Source: Bacteroidales bacterium
Lineage (GTDB): Bacteria > Bacteroidota > Bacteroidia > Bacteroidales > UBA12077
Assembly: GCA_028282585.1 (NCBI GenBank)
Contig: JANQHR010000062.1
Coordinates: 1-64,000, forward strand
DNA length: 64,000 nt
Reading direction: 5' to 3'
Below the pieces are notes generated by a model. It saw only the letters and a list, made by a program, of their open reading frames with translations. It had not been told where the DNA came from and ran no database searches. The number at the start of each line of letters is the position of its first letter. The stretch's first letter is position 1. A program made the position numbers and the translations under genes. This document shows positions 29,523 to 40,289 of the stretch, piece after piece.

Positions 29523-31823
29523 TTAAAATAGGTCAACAGAAATATTTTGGATAAAGGCGGTATAAGTAACTTCATTTTCCAAGATGGCTCTTGATAGAAT
29601 AATAATTACGGGAATATCTTCTCCTTCACTATCCGTAATTTCTATTTCTCTGCGCTCTCCTACTAGTTTATCGGCCTTTGGATCAAGAAATGATTTAGTA
29701 AACTCATTATTATAATCGGCTTTAGAAAACAATTTTTTTATGTTTCTACCTAATACAACATCACGCTCCAATTTCCAGAGCTCTTCAGCAGCCTTATTAA
29801 AGAACTTAACTACACCATTTTGATCAATAGTTATAATTGCATCTGCAGCTCCTTCAAGAGTTCTCTCATTACGTAATTTTGCTTGTTCTACTTCTCGAAT
29901 TTGTTTTTCGGCTTGAATCTTATTTTGTTTTAATTGCTCTTTTAATTCAGCTCTTGATTTATTTAATTCTCCCTCTTGTTTTTTAAGAAGTTCTGTTTGC
30001 TTAAGAGTCTCCATTTCCATTAGTTTTTCCTTGGTTTCGTCATAACCAATAAAAATCACTTTAGAAATATCATCATACATATCGCGCACCGGCGATAAAT
30101 TTAATTTTAACCAAAGGCTTTTATCTTCTTTTGTTCTATGTCTTAATGTACCTTCCCAAGATTCACCCAATGAAACTCTTTCCCAAATTTCACGAAGCTT
30201 ATTCAAATCTGACTTATCAATAAAATCAAAAATTGTTTTTTCTTTTAGCTCGTAAAGAGAAAACTCCATAAGGTCTACAAACTTATTATTACATTCCATT
30301 AGATCGCCTGTTGGAAGAAACTCAACCTTTATACTCGATTGATTTAACGCATTTATTTGTGCTTCATGATCAAGACTAACCTTACGCTGCTCTGTAGTAT
30401 CAATAGCTAAAAACAAAATCTTTTCAACGCTTCCATCTTCTCTTCTCATACAAGTATAGGTAGACATTGTCCATAAATCATGTCCCTGTTTGGTTACGTG
30501 TTTCATGAATCCTTCGAAGTGTTTTCCTCCATTTGCAAGGCTATTCCAAAGCTTATTAAACCAATTTCTATCTTTCTCATTTATAAACATCTGGATGTTT
30601 TTTCCTTCTACATCCGAGTTGCTCTCATAACCAAGTTTTTTCAAAAATTTGGTGTTTGCATAAATCAGTGTACCATCATTTTCGTATTCCGCTCTTATTA
30701 ATGTATGGTTCACTGCATTTGTGAAAGTTATAAATTTTTCACTTTGTCGGGCAGCTTCTTCTTGCGTAGCTTGCAACTCTTCCATATTTTGCCGCATTTG
30801 TTCTTCTTGCGCAGCAAGTATTTCTGCTTGTTCCTGAGAATCCTTTAAGAGCTTTGCAGTCTTTGTATTAATTTTTACGTTAGAAATTGTTGATCCAATG
30901 CTCTCAGCAATCTTCTCGACAAAATCAACAGTAAATCTTTCTATATTATGAAAGGCACCTATTTCAAGAACACCATGTACCTCATCATTAAATTTCAATG
31001 GCACAACCAGTAAACAAGTAGGAGTAGCTTCACCTAGTCCCGATGTAATGTGGACATAAGTACTCGGTATGTCTGTCATGTATATTGTTTCTTGCTCCAA
31101 TATCGCTGCTCCTATGGCTCCCTCGCCCCATTCGACTCTTTTATCTGCGAATTTTCTTCTTTCGTAAGCATAACAAGCCGTCATTCTCATATGTTTATCT
31201 GCTTCATTTTCATCTTCAATAATAAATAAAGCACCCTGATTTGCATTTATATATTTTATAAGATTACTTATCAGGTTATATGAAAGTTCTTCAAGATTAT
31301 CCGTATCTTTTCGTAAAATCTCACCAAATTTTGCCAATCCTTCTGCAATCCAATTTCTTTGGTTATCTTCGTTACGCCTTTTTTCTTCTTCATCGCGATT
31401 CTTTTTTAAATTATCTCTCAGATCAAGAATTGATTGCCCTAATACGTCGTCTGCTCCTTGAACCTTATAATCGGCATCAATATTACCTAAACGTATTTTT
31501 TCGACAAATCGAAATATCTTTTGGTTTTTGTCGAATTCTTTTTTTAAAGAAGAATGTAAAGCCTCTGAAGCTGTTGCGTATTTTTTACTTAAAACATATG
31601 CATAAAACGCAAGCACAAATGGTGCTAAATCTAAAATTAAGTATACCGGATTATTACGGTGTAGTTCAGCAATCTCAGAAAAACTTACTTTTTTTATAAA
31701 AAAATCTACAATTAATATAAATAATACCGTTAATAATCCAACAACAAATCCGCTAATTGTATATTTAAAGATTATTGCTTGAGAGTTTCTTTCCTTCATT
31801 GATTGCTTTAAATTTATAGGCAA
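29523..31823 (-). CDS. Membrane GAF + multi-PAS sensor protein with no recognisable output domain
   Basis: Two N-terminal TM helices, GAF (YAYERRKF..GEGAIG), coiled coil, three PAS-like domains. Confidence 0.82.
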   Translation of the reverse strand: MPINLKQSMKERNSQAIIFKYTISGFVVGLLTVLFILIVDFFIKKVSFSEIAELHRNNPVYLILDLAPFVLAFYAYVLSKKYATASEALHSSLKKEFDKNQKIFRFVEKIRLGNIDADYKVQGADDVLGQSILDLRDNLKKNRDEEEKRRNEDNQRNWIAEGLAKFGEILRKDTDNLEELSYNLISNLIKYINANQGALFIIEDENEADKHMRMTACYAYERRKFADKRVEWGEGAIGAAILEQETIYMTDIPSTYVHITSGLGEATPTCLLVVPLKFNDEVHGVLEIGAFHNIERFTVDFVEKIAESIGSTISNVKINTKTAKLLKDSQEQAEILAAQEEQMRQNMEELQATQEEAARQSEKFITFTNAVNHTLIRAEYENDGTLIYANTKFLKKLGYESNSDVEGKNIQMFINEKDRNWFNKLWNSLANGGKHFEGFMKHVTKQGHDLWTMSTYTCMRREDGSVEKILFLAIDTTEQRKVSLDHEAQINALNQSSIKVEFLPTGDLMECNNKFVDLMEFSLYELKEKTIFDFIDKSDLNKLREIWERVSLGESWEGTLRHRTKEDKSLWLKLNLSPVRDMYDDISKVIFIGYDETKEKLMEMETLKQTELLKKQEGELNKSRAELKEQLKQNKIQAEKQIREVEQAKLRNERTLEGAADAIITIDQNGVVKFFNKAAEELWKLERDVVLGRNIKKLFSKADYNNEFTKSFLDPKADKLVGERREIEITDSEGEDIPVIIILSRAILENEVTYTAFIQNISVDLF

Positions 31824-31918
31824 CTAAAAATAATAATATTTTCAACAAATCTTCTAAAAATAAGCGACAATTAAAAATCTTTGCTTTAAAAATTAGATTT
31901 TATTAATAAACGATTTTT

Positions 31919-32995
31919 TTAATTAACAGTTTCAAGAAGGTAAACCGAAATTTTTTCTAATGGTAATACTTTATCCGCTGCCTCAAGTTTTATCGCTTCT
32001 TTGGGCATACCAAAAACAATAGAAGTTTCCTGATCTTGAGCAATCGTTTTAGCTCCTGCTTGCTTCATTTCAAGCAATCCCCTGGCTCCATCATCTCCCA
32101 TACCTGTCATAATTATTCCAATTGCATTAGCACCAGCATATTTCGCTGTTGAACGAAACAATACATCAACCGAAGGGCGATGGCGATTAACAAATGGCCC
32201 GCTTTTTACTTCAACATAATATCTTGCACCGCTTCGTTTAACCATAGTATGAAAATTTCCAGGTGCAATTAAAGCTCTGCCTCTGATAATCGAATCTCCG
32301 TTTTCGGCCTCTTTTACAGTAATTTGGCAGATTTCATTTAATCTATTTGCAAATGATTTGGTAAATTGTTCGGGCATATGTTGCACCATAACAATTCCCG
32401 GGCAATCGGCGGGTAAACCCTGCAAGAAAGTAGTTATGGCTTCTGTACCTCCTGTTGATGCTCCAACTGCTACCACAACTTCAGTTGTTTTTATCATACT
32501 GTGTTTACTGGTTGGAGGAATTATTACGTCAGCTGAATATTTGGGAACTACTTTTATTGATTGTGGTTTGTTAGTTTTACGTCGAATTTTAGCATGAGCA
32601 GCACCTTTAACAGCTTCACAAATTCTAATTTTTGATTCCCGAATAAATTCCTTAGTTGATAAAAAAGGTTTTGTTATAATTTCAACAGCACCATACTCAA
32701 GTGCTTTAAATCCGGTCTCCGTTCCTTCTCCCGTTAAACTTGAAATAACAACTACTGGCATTGGGTGTTGGCTCATAATCTTTTGCAAGAAAGTTAAACC
32801 ATCCATTCGTGGCATTTCTATATCGAGCGTAATTACATCCGGAATCTCTTGTTTTATTTTTTTTGCAGCAACAAAAGGATCTGAGGCCGTGCCCATAACT
32901 TCAAGCTCAGGATCAGAATTAATAATTTCCGTAAGATTTTGACGAACTACAGCAGAATCGTCCACAATTAAAACTCTGATCTTCTTTTTATCCAT
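31919..32995 (-). CDS. cheB: Chemotaxis methylesterase
   Basis: REC domain plus [27 protein letters not shown]. Confidence 0.97.
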   Translation of the reverse strand: MDKKKIRVLIVDDSAVVRQNLTEIINSDPELEVMGTASDPFVAAKKIKQEIPDVITLDIEMPRMDGLTFLQKIMSQHPMPVVVISSLTGEGTETGFKALEYGAVEIITKPFLSTKEFIRESKIRICEAVKGAAHAKIRRKTNKPQSIKVVPKYSADVIIPPTSKHSMIKTTEVVVAVGASTGGTEAITTFLQGLPADCPGIVMVQHMPEQFTKSFANRLNEICQITVKEAENGDSIIRGRALIAPGNFHTMVKRSGARYYVEVKSGPFVNRHRPSVDVLFRSTAKYAGANAIGIIMTGMGDDGARGLLEMKQAGAKTIAQDQETSIVFGMPKEAIKLEAADKVLPLEKISVYLLETVN

Positions 32996-33041
32996 GCAAT
33001 ATTCGTTTAATTGGTCTTATGTTAAAATTACAAAAAAACAT

Positions 33042-33524
33042 TTACTTTTTTATTTTCTTAATTTCTCTTTTTACATATCGTTGTTTGATTTCTCCGGAAA
33101 CTGTATTCATAATAATCTTTCGCCCATATTTTCCTCCAACACTCGAGCTAACAATAGGAATTCTCAATTCTTCCAAGGTTTCATGTGCCAATTTAATATT
33201 TCTTTCTCCTATTTGAAAATATTGAGTTTCCGTATCTAAAACTTCACCGCCACCAAAAACTTTAGCAACGATATGGTTCTTTTTGGAGCCAAAAGAAATT
33301 ATTTTATCCAGTAATTTTTCTATTGCTATGTTTCCATATTTTGGAGATGCTAATCCTTCTCCATTCCATAGCGGTAACATATAATGTGACATTCCTCCAT
33401 ACTTTAAGATAGGGTCCCACATACATACAGCCACACACGAACCTAAAATCGTACTTATGTTATAAGGCTCTTTTGATGCAAAAATTGCAGAAGGATATAA
33501 GAAATAAGAAGAAGTATTTTCCAT
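33042..33524 (-). CDS. cheD: Chemoreceptor glutamine deamidase
   Basis: TILGSCVAVC, HYMLP, AKVFGGG. Confidence 0.95.
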   Translation of the reverse strand: MENTSSYFLYPSAIFASKEPYNISTILGSCVAVCMWDPILKYGGMSHYMLPLWNGEGLASPKYGNIAIEKLLDKIISFGSKKNHIVAKVFGGGEVLDTETQYFQIGERNIKLAHETLEELRIPIVSSSVGGKYGRKIIMNTVSGEIKQRYVKREIKKIKK

Positions 33525-33533
33525 AAAAATTAT

Positions 33534-34442
33534 TTAAAATGTTTCTTTTTCGCCTTCATCATCTTCAAAGAATAGCTCATTACCATCTAATGCAAATCCT
33601 TGAGTATCAATTTCTGATTCGGGAATTGTAACGGTGAATTCAGAACCTTTATCAAGTTCACTTTCAAGTTCAATTTTACCATCAAAAAGATCAATCAGCG
33701 CTTTATTCACTGATAATCCTAATCCGTGCCCTCTATTTAATGAGTTAATTCCTGAATCAAGTCTTTTAAACCGATCAAAAATGATTTTTTTATTCTCTTC
33801 AGATACACCGCAACCAAAATCTTTTACTGAAATCATTAAGCTTTTATCCACAATCCAAACTTTTAAAATTATCCTGCTTTCATCATCACTAAATTTAATC
33901 GCATTAAATAACAGATTTGCAATTATTAATCTCAACTTTTCAGCATCTGTTTTAAAATAAAAAGGATTTTCAATGGAAGATTCTATTTTAAAATCTAGTT
34001 CAACTTTAATATTCTTCTTATCTGACTCATAAGTAAATGATTCAACAATACTTTCAACTAATTGTAAGATATCTACATTTAGCACCTCCGGTAAAACTTC
34101 TCCAGCTTCCAGTTTTGCTGCAACAAATATGTTTCTTAACTGAAAATCCAGATTAAATGCTTCTGAATAAATTAACGTAACCATTTTATGCACTTCACTC
34201 CAATTTTGTTTCCCAACTTTTATAATGTTTTTTGACAATGCCAAAATAGATGCAAAAGGGTTTATAATCTCGTTGGTAATATTTGAGATAAAATGACTTT
34301 TTAGGGCTTCAGATTCTTCGAGTTTTTTATTAACTTCTTTCAGTTCTTTATTGAGTTGTTGAACTTCCAAAAGAGCTTTTTTTGTTTTATCGAAGCGCTT
34401 CATTAGTTCTTCGATTAGTTCGTGATCTTTTAATTCGCTCAT
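33534..34442 (-). CDS. Cytoplasmic histidine-kinase-like protein lacking the canonical H-box His
   Basis: N box (NLLFNAIKF), G1 (DFGCG) and G2 (GHGLGL) intact; H-box reads FISNITNEIINP. Confidence 0.8.
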   Translation of the reverse strand: MSELKDHELIEELMKRFDKTKKALLEVQQLNKELKEVNKKLEESEALKSHFISNITNEIINPFASILALSKNIIKVGKQNWSEVHKMVTLIYSEAFNLDFQLRNIFVAAKLEAGEVLPEVLNVDILQLVESIVESFTYESDKKNIKVELDFKIESSIENPFYFKTDAEKLRLIIANLLFNAIKFSDDESRIILKVWIVDKSLMISVKDFGCGVSEENKKIIFDRFKRLDSGINSLNRGHGLGLSVNKALIDLFDGKIELESELDKGSEFTVTIPESEIDTQGFALDGNELFFEDDEGEKETF

Positions 34443-34452
34443 AGTTTTTTAT

Positions 34453-35307
34453 TTAATTTCTTACGAAAATTGTGGGTTTTATTTGCTTTAAAGGTAAATT
34501 CATTCCTAAAATAGATTCCGAATGTCCGATAAATAAATATCCTCCTGATTTTAATTTTTGACACAATCTATTTAATACCATTTCCTGGGTTTCTCTGTTA
34601 AAATAGATCAAAACATTTCGACAAAATATCACATCAAAAACATCTGCAACATTATATGATGAATCCATAAAATTTAAACGTTGATATCTTATCTTATCTC
34701 TTAATAATTTAACAACACGAACAGTTTTGTTGTCTTTATTTTTACTTTTTAAGAAATACCTTTTTTTAATGTTCAGAGGAATTACATTAATCCTATCTTC
34801 TTTATAAATTGCTGTATTAGCCTGTTGAAGTATTTTTGTTGAAATATCAGTACCTAAAATATCATAATCGAAACCGGAATATTCATATTTAAATTCGTTC
34901 AAGGTAATTGCAATTGTATAAGGTTCTTCACCACTTGAACAACCTGCACTCCAGGCTTTAAAAATGGCTCTTCTTTCCTTTTCTATGAAATCAGGTAAGA
35001 TTTTATTTCTGAGAAAATCAAAATGAACCGGTTCTCTGTAAAAATCTGTTTTGTTTGTACTAACAGCATCGAGCATATGAACGATTTCATTTTTTTGTCC
35101 CTCATCACTAAAAACAAAATCGGCATATTCCTTAAAACTAAGTATTTCTAATTCTCTTAATCGTTTTTGTAAACGACTTTGCAACATAATCTTTTTAATG
35201 GGAGGCATTTTAATTCCCGATTGTTGAAAAACAAATCTACTCAGACGATTAAAATCATCATCTGTCATTCGTGCATTAAAAATTTTATTTAATAAAGGAT
35301 CCACCAT
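34453..35307 (-). CDS. cheR: Chemotaxis methyltransferase
   Basis: TNKTDFYRE, WSAGCSSGEEPY, IFCRNVLIYF, GHSES. Confidence 0.97.
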   Translation of the reverse strand: MVDPLLNKIFNARMTDDDFNRLSRFVFQQSGIKMPPIKKIMLQSRLQKRLRELEILSFKEYADFVFSDEGQKNEIVHMLDAVSTNKTDFYREPVHFDFLRNKILPDFIEKERRAIFKAWSAGCSSGEEPYTIAITLNEFKYEYSGFDYDILGTDISTKILQQANTAIYKEDRINVIPLNIKKRYFLKSKNKDNKTVRVVKLLRDKIRYQRLNFMDSSYNVADVFDVIFCRNVLIYFNRETQEMVLNRLCQKLKSGGYLFIGHSESILGMNLPLKQIKPTIFVRN

Positions 35308-35326
35308 TTTTTATTTCAGTTTTAAA

Positions 35327-35489
35327 AGGGGGTGTCCAAAAAGTACAATAGTTAAATCTTGTTCTTATTTTTTACTTTGAGTAACTTTGTGTCTTCTCTG
35401 TGGTTCTCTGTGTAACAGCCTTTTATAATTATACCACAAAGTTTCGCAAAGCAGGCACAAAGAACACTAAGACTTTTTGGACACCTCCT
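35327..35489. mobile_element. MITE-like element with 18-bp terminal inverted repeats
   Basis: agggggtgtccaaaaagt ... actttttggacacctcct (17/18 match); no ORF; internal CTTTGTG/CACAAAG palindrome. Confidence 0.65.
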
Positions 35490-35564
35490 GTTTATTAATC
35501 CAAAGAATATAATTACTTAACCCTAACCTTTAATTATAAACCCTTTAGACTAACTTGAATTTAA

Positions 35565-37586
35565 TCAAAAATTTTCGTAATCACCATTTATCTTTTTATC
35601 ATTCATTTGCATATCAATACCAGCCGTTCTGTTATTACTTACCTTAACCTCTATTTTAGTTTCTTTAGGCTTATTTTCAGATGTCTTAAATTCTTTCTTC
35701 TTCTCCTCTATTTTGAAATAAGATATGTTTTGCTTAAGTTGTTCTGCCTGGCTTGCAAGTTCTTCTGAACTTGTTGCTAACTCTTCTGAAGACGCAGCAT
35801 TTTGCTGTGTCACCTGATTAAGTTGTTGAATTGCACTATTTACTTGATCTGCTCCGGAATTTTGCTTTAAACTTGCCAAAGAGATTTCTTGAATAAATTT
35901 AACCGTTTTTTCAATTTCAGGTACGATATCCAGCAACTGCTTTCCTGCCTCTTCTGAGATCTTTACTCCTTCCCGGGACAACTGATCAATTTCGTCAGCT
36001 GCTACTTTACTGCGTTCTGCAAGCTTTCGAACTTCGTTAGCAACAACTGCAAAACCTTTACCATGTTCTCCTGCCCGAGCTGCTTCCACAGCTGCATTTA
36101 ATGCCAGAATATTTGTTTGAAAAGCAATATCATTAACAATTGTAATTTTTTCAGCAATTTTTTTCATTGCATTCATTGAAACTTCGGACGATGAGCTTCC
36201 CTTTTTAATACCTTCAGCAGTTTTTACGACAATTTGCTCGGTTTGCTGTGCATTTTTATTATTTTGCTGTGTATTTGAAACCATTTCTTGCATTGATGAA
36301 GAAACTTCTTCTGCTGAAGATGCTTGTTGATTTGCTCCTAGAGACATTTGTTGAGCGTTTGAACTCATTTCGTGGCTTGCAGAATTTATATTTTCTGCAC
36401 TAATATTTACGCTTACAACTATCTCCCTTAATTTCAATACCATTTGATTTAATGCATTTGCCAGGTCACCTATTTCATCTTTTTGTTTTATATCGAATGT
36501 AGCTACTAAATCGCCACCTGCAACGTTTTGAGCAAAGATTACACCCTTTTTAAGGGCTGTTGTTATAGTTCTACTAATTAAAGAAACTATTACTGCTAAT
36601 ATTATAAGGCCAATTACACCAATAAATATTGAAATTCTGAAATTTCTATTTGCCTTTGCCATAATCTCTGAAACTGGTACTGAAATTGCAAGGGACCATG
36701 GAGTGTTCGTTTTCCCAACATAAACTGGTGTGTATGTTACAAAATTCTCTTTACCATTTTTATCAACACCTATATAATTGAAACTTTCTCCGTTTCTTAT
36801 TTGTTGAATAATATTTTGGTTTTTAACATCTTCTACATATATTTCCTGTATATGTTTACTTAAAAAATCTTTATTAGGATGTCCCGCTATTAATCCACCA
36901 TTTGAAACCAAATAAGCAAAACTGCCTGTATAAGGATTAATCTCTTGTATTAATTTTTGGAAACTTTCCAAGGTAATATCTATAGCCACAATTCCAATGT
37001 ATCTTCCGTTATCTAATATGGGAGCATTAATACTTGTCATAAGAAATTTTTCTGCCTTATTTTCGGCAAAAACATCCTCATAAGGTTCCCAAATAGAGGG
37101 TTTAGTTCGCTTTTTTATCTCTGCATATAACTCAGGATCACCATCTAAACTTCTAAGTTCTGTGTTACTTTTTATCAAACCATTTTCTCTCCAATATATA
37201 ATTACATACCTACCGGTTGGCTGATTCCATTCCGGGTCTATAGCGTTTAGTTCCCAGCTATCCCATAAACTATATATGTGAGGATTACTTGAGAATATTT
37301 CCTCGTACATTTTAGTAAATAACTCTTTCCATTGGTCTGTTGGTAAATATTTGTACGTTCTATATGCTTCAGCTAAAGTTTTAACTATTGATAAATCTGC
37401 ATCAAGTTGGGCTTTTATATCTTTAGAAACTTCTTTTGCATAACTATTTGTTTTGTCAATAGCATCTTTATACGCTGATTTACGAGCATTAAGGCTAATA
37501 TAACCCAAAGCTGATATGTATATAATTATTGAAACTCCTATAATAAACAATTGAACCTTTTGTTGAATTTTTAAATTTACCCTCAT
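35565..37586 (-). CDS. Methyl-accepting chemotaxis protein (dCache-type sensor, HAMP)
   Basis: Two TM helices, [34 protein letters not shown]; ends DYENF. Confidence 0.96.
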   Translation of the reverse strand: MRVNLKIQQKVQLFIIGVSIIIYISALGYISLNARKSAYKDAIDKTNSYAKEVSKDIKAQLDADLSIVKTLAEAYRTYKYLPTDQWKELFTKMYEEIFSSNPHIYSLWDSWELNAIDPEWNQPTGRYVIIYWRENGLIKSNTELRSLDGDPELYAEIKKRTKPSIWEPYEDVFAENKAEKFLMTSINAPILDNGRYIGIVAIDITLESFQKLIQEINPYTGSFAYLVSNGGLIAGHPNKDFLSKHIQEIYVEDVKNQNIIQQIRNGESFNYIGVDKNGKENFVTYTPVYVGKTNTPWSLAISVPVSEIMAKANRNFRISIFIGVIGLIILAVIVSLISRTITTALKKGVIFAQNVAGGDLVATFDIKQKDEIGDLANALNQMVLKLREIVVSVNISAENINSASHEMSSNAQQMSLGANQQASSAEEVSSSMQEMVSNTQQNNKNAQQTEQIVVKTAEGIKKGSSSSEVSMNAMKKIAEKITIVNDIAFQTNILALNAAVEAARAGEHGKGFAVVANEVRKLAERSKVAADEIDQLSREGVKISEEAGKQLLDIVPEIEKTVKFIQEISLASLKQNSGADQVNSAIQQLNQVTQQNAASSEELATSSEELASQAEQLKQNISYFKIEEKKKEFKTSENKPKETKIEVKVSNNRTAGIDMQMNDKKINGDYENF

Positions 37587-37670
37587 AGTAATTCACTTTT
37601 TAAGGTTAATCCATATTGTTTCACATAATTGTTACATTTCACATTCTTATTGAACGTACACAATTAAAAA

Positions 37671-39713
37671 TCAGAAGCTTTCGTATTGATTATCAATCTT
37701 TTTATCATTCATATGCAAATCAATACCGGTCGTTTTATCATTGCTTGCTGTAACGTCTATTTTAGTTTCTTTTGGCTTGTTTTCAGATATCTTAAATTTT
37801 TTCTTCTTCTCTCCTATTTTAAAATAGGATATGTTTTGCTTAAGTTGTTCTGCCTGGCCTGCAAGTTCCTCTGAACTAGTTGCTAATTCTTCAGAAGCTG
37901 CAGCATTTTGTTGAGTAACCTGATTCAACTGCTGAATTGCGCTATTTACCTGATCTGAACCGGAATTTTGCTCTAAACTTGCGGCAGAAATTTCTTGAAC
38001 CAGTTTTGCTGTTTTATCAATTTCAGGAGTAATCTCTTCCATTCGCTTTGCTACCTCTTCATTTACGGTTACACTTGATTTTGATAATACGTCTATTTCA
38101 TCAGCTGCTACTTTACTTCGTTCTGCGAGTTTTCGAACTTCGTTAGCAACTACAGCAAAGCCTTTTCCATGTTCACCAGCACGAGCTGCCTCTACTGCAG
38201 CATTTAACGCTAAAATATTAGTTTGGAAAGCTATATCATTTATAATTGATATTTTTTCAGCAATATTGTTAATCGATTTTCTGTTTTCCTGAGCTGCATG
38301 CATAACTGCTATCATGCCTTCTGCAGCTTTTATAGATATCTTTTCTGTTTGTTGAGCGTTATCCGTATTCTGTTGAATATTTGAAGCCATCTCTTCCATC
38401 GAAGAAGAAACTTCCTCTGCAGAAGATGCCTGCTCACTTGCTCCTTGAGACATTTGTTGAGAATTTGAACTCATTTCCAAACTGGCGCCTGCAATATTGT
38501 CAGCGCTCGTTTCAACACTTTCAACAATTTCCTGAAGTTTAATAACCATTGAATTTAATGAATTTGCAAGCACTCCTACCTCATCTTCCTGGTCAATATC
38601 AATAGTTGCTGTCAAATCACCTTCAGAAACTCTTTGTGCAAACTCAACGCCCTTATTTATAGCTTTCGCTACATTTCTAACAACACTGGTAACTATGAAA
38701 ATAAATATTAATACTGCAATAACAACTGATGCAAAGACTGTTAATCTTAAGCTCCTTAAATATTTAAAAAGAATCTCTTCATAAAAAGATGCAACTACAT
38801 ATGAATCTATTTCAGGTATATATTCAAAATATTGAAATTTCCACTTGCCTTCATCCGTTTCGGGCCATTTATATCTTGATTTACCTTTCCTATCCTCATT
38901 GGCTTTAATCTGTTTATAAAAAGTAAATTCAGTACCTTCCTTACCTTCGTCTGTTGGGTGAACAATAAAAGTACCATCAGCACTAATTAAAAATGGGTAA
39001 CCTGTTTCAAAATAAATTTTATTATCGAAAACCCCTTTTAAACTAATTAAATTTTTTTCCTTTATACCTACATATAATATTCCTTGTACTTCTCCATTAA
39101 TCCAAATTGGTTCATAAGCCGTAAGATAATAATCATCAACAACAAAAGCTCTACCTCTGTATGTTTGCCCTGATTCAACTGCCTGAATTACAGGTGAATT
39201 GTTTGGGATATAAGTACCAATAGCTCTTTCTCCATTTTCTTTTAATACATTTGTTGATATTCTTAAATATCCACCAGGGATTTTCTGAAATATGGTAGAA
39301 GTAGCACCTGTCATCTCTTGTACCTTATCAACAAAGGAATAATTATTGTAGATTCTTTCACCTCCAATTATAAAGTCTTTGATTGTAATTTGTGTAGCAT
39401 GTTTAGATATTTGATTTATCGCAGTAACCTGAGAAAATGTATCTTCCATAGAAGGCTCACCTAAGCCCTGAAACATTTCATGTGCCGTTTTTAAAGCATA
39501 ATTTACTCTATTTTGCCTTTCATTCAACTGAACTTTAATAATGCTAACTAAATCACCAAGTTGTTCATACATTCTTATATCCGCATCTTCAGTGATTCTA
39601 GTTTTAGTATCTTTATAAGTTAAAATACCAAGTGTAGAGATCACAATAACAGTTGCTAAACCTAATATAAGGTTTAGTCGAAGCCCTATTTTTAAATTGT
39701 TTAATGATTTCAT
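37671..39713 (-). CDS. Methyl-accepting chemotaxis protein (Cache_3-Cache_2-type sensor)
   Basis: STIFQ..RISTNV..GERAIGT sensor motifs, HAMP, conserved hairpin tip; ends QYESF. Confidence 0.96.
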   Translation of the reverse strand: MKSLNNLKIGLRLNLILGLATVIVISTLGILTYKDTKTRITEDADIRMYEQLGDLVSIIKVQLNERQNRVNYALKTAHEMFQGLGEPSMEDTFSQVTAINQISKHATQITIKDFIIGGERIYNNYSFVDKVQEMTGATSTIFQKIPGGYLRISTNVLKENGERAIGTYIPNNSPVIQAVESGQTYRGRAFVVDDYYLTAYEPIWINGEVQGILYVGIKEKNLISLKGVFDNKIYFETGYPFLISADGTFIVHPTDEGKEGTEFTFYKQIKANEDRKGKSRYKWPETDEGKWKFQYFEYIPEIDSYVVASFYEEILFKYLRSLRLTVFASVVIAVLIFIFIVTSVVRNVAKAINKGVEFAQRVSEGDLTATIDIDQEDEVGVLANSLNSMVIKLQEIVESVETSADNIAGASLEMSSNSQQMSQGASEQASSAEEVSSSMEEMASNIQQNTDNAQQTEKISIKAAEGMIAVMHAAQENRKSINNIAEKISIINDIAFQTNILALNAAVEAARAGEHGKGFAVVANEVRKLAERSKVAADEIDVLSKSSVTVNEEVAKRMEEITPEIDKTAKLVQEISAASLEQNSGSDQVNSAIQQLNQVTQQNAAASEELATSSEELAGQAEQLKQNISYFKIGEKKKKFKISENKPKETKIDVTASNDKTTGIDLHMNDKKIDNQYESF

Positions 39714-39764
39714 ATCTCTAGTTTTTTTACTAGTTATAATTCTTAGTTTGTTGTTGTTAGGAGT

Positions 39765-40280
39765 TTACTCTTTGTTTTCTATCTTTTTTTCTCCTTCCTG
39801 AGTTTTTTCTTTAACAAGTACAACTTCATCTACCGAGAATACTTTATCCATATCTAAAAGCATAATAAATTTCTCGTCTATCTTTGCCATTCCATAAATA
39901 AAATCCGATTTATATTTGCTTCCGATACCCGGAGATGGCTGAATTTGATTATCAGCAATTTCAAGAACCGCCTGAACCGAATCAACCAGGGCTCCAACCT
40001 GTACCTCATCGCCCTCGATATTTACTTCCATTACTATTATACATGTGTTAGTGGTATATTCGGTAGGTGTCATACCGAATTTTATTCTTGTATCAACTAC
40101 TGGTAAAACCGTACCTCTAAGATTGATAACTCCTTTCATATATTCTGGCGATTTCGGAACTTCTGTAATTTTTGTCATCTCTAAAATATTGAGAACTTTA
40201 CTTACGTGAGCAGCAAATTCTTCCTCGCCTAAATTAAATGATAGGAAAGAGTTAACTTTTTCTATTGTTTCTTTACTCAT
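39765..40280 (-). CDS. cheW: Chemotaxis coupling protein
   Basis: FLSFNLGEEEFA, GVINLRGTVLPVVD. Confidence 0.96.
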   Translation of the reverse strand: MSKETIEKVNSFLSFNLGEEEFAAHVSKVLNILEMTKITEVPKSPEYMKGVINLRGTVLPVVDTRIKFGMTPTEYTTNTCIIVMEVNIEGDEVQVGALVDSVQAVLEIADNQIQPSPGIGSKYKSDFIYGMAKIDEKFIMLLDMDKVFSVDEVVLVKEKTQEGEKKIENKE

Positions 40281-40289
40281 AATTGTCTC

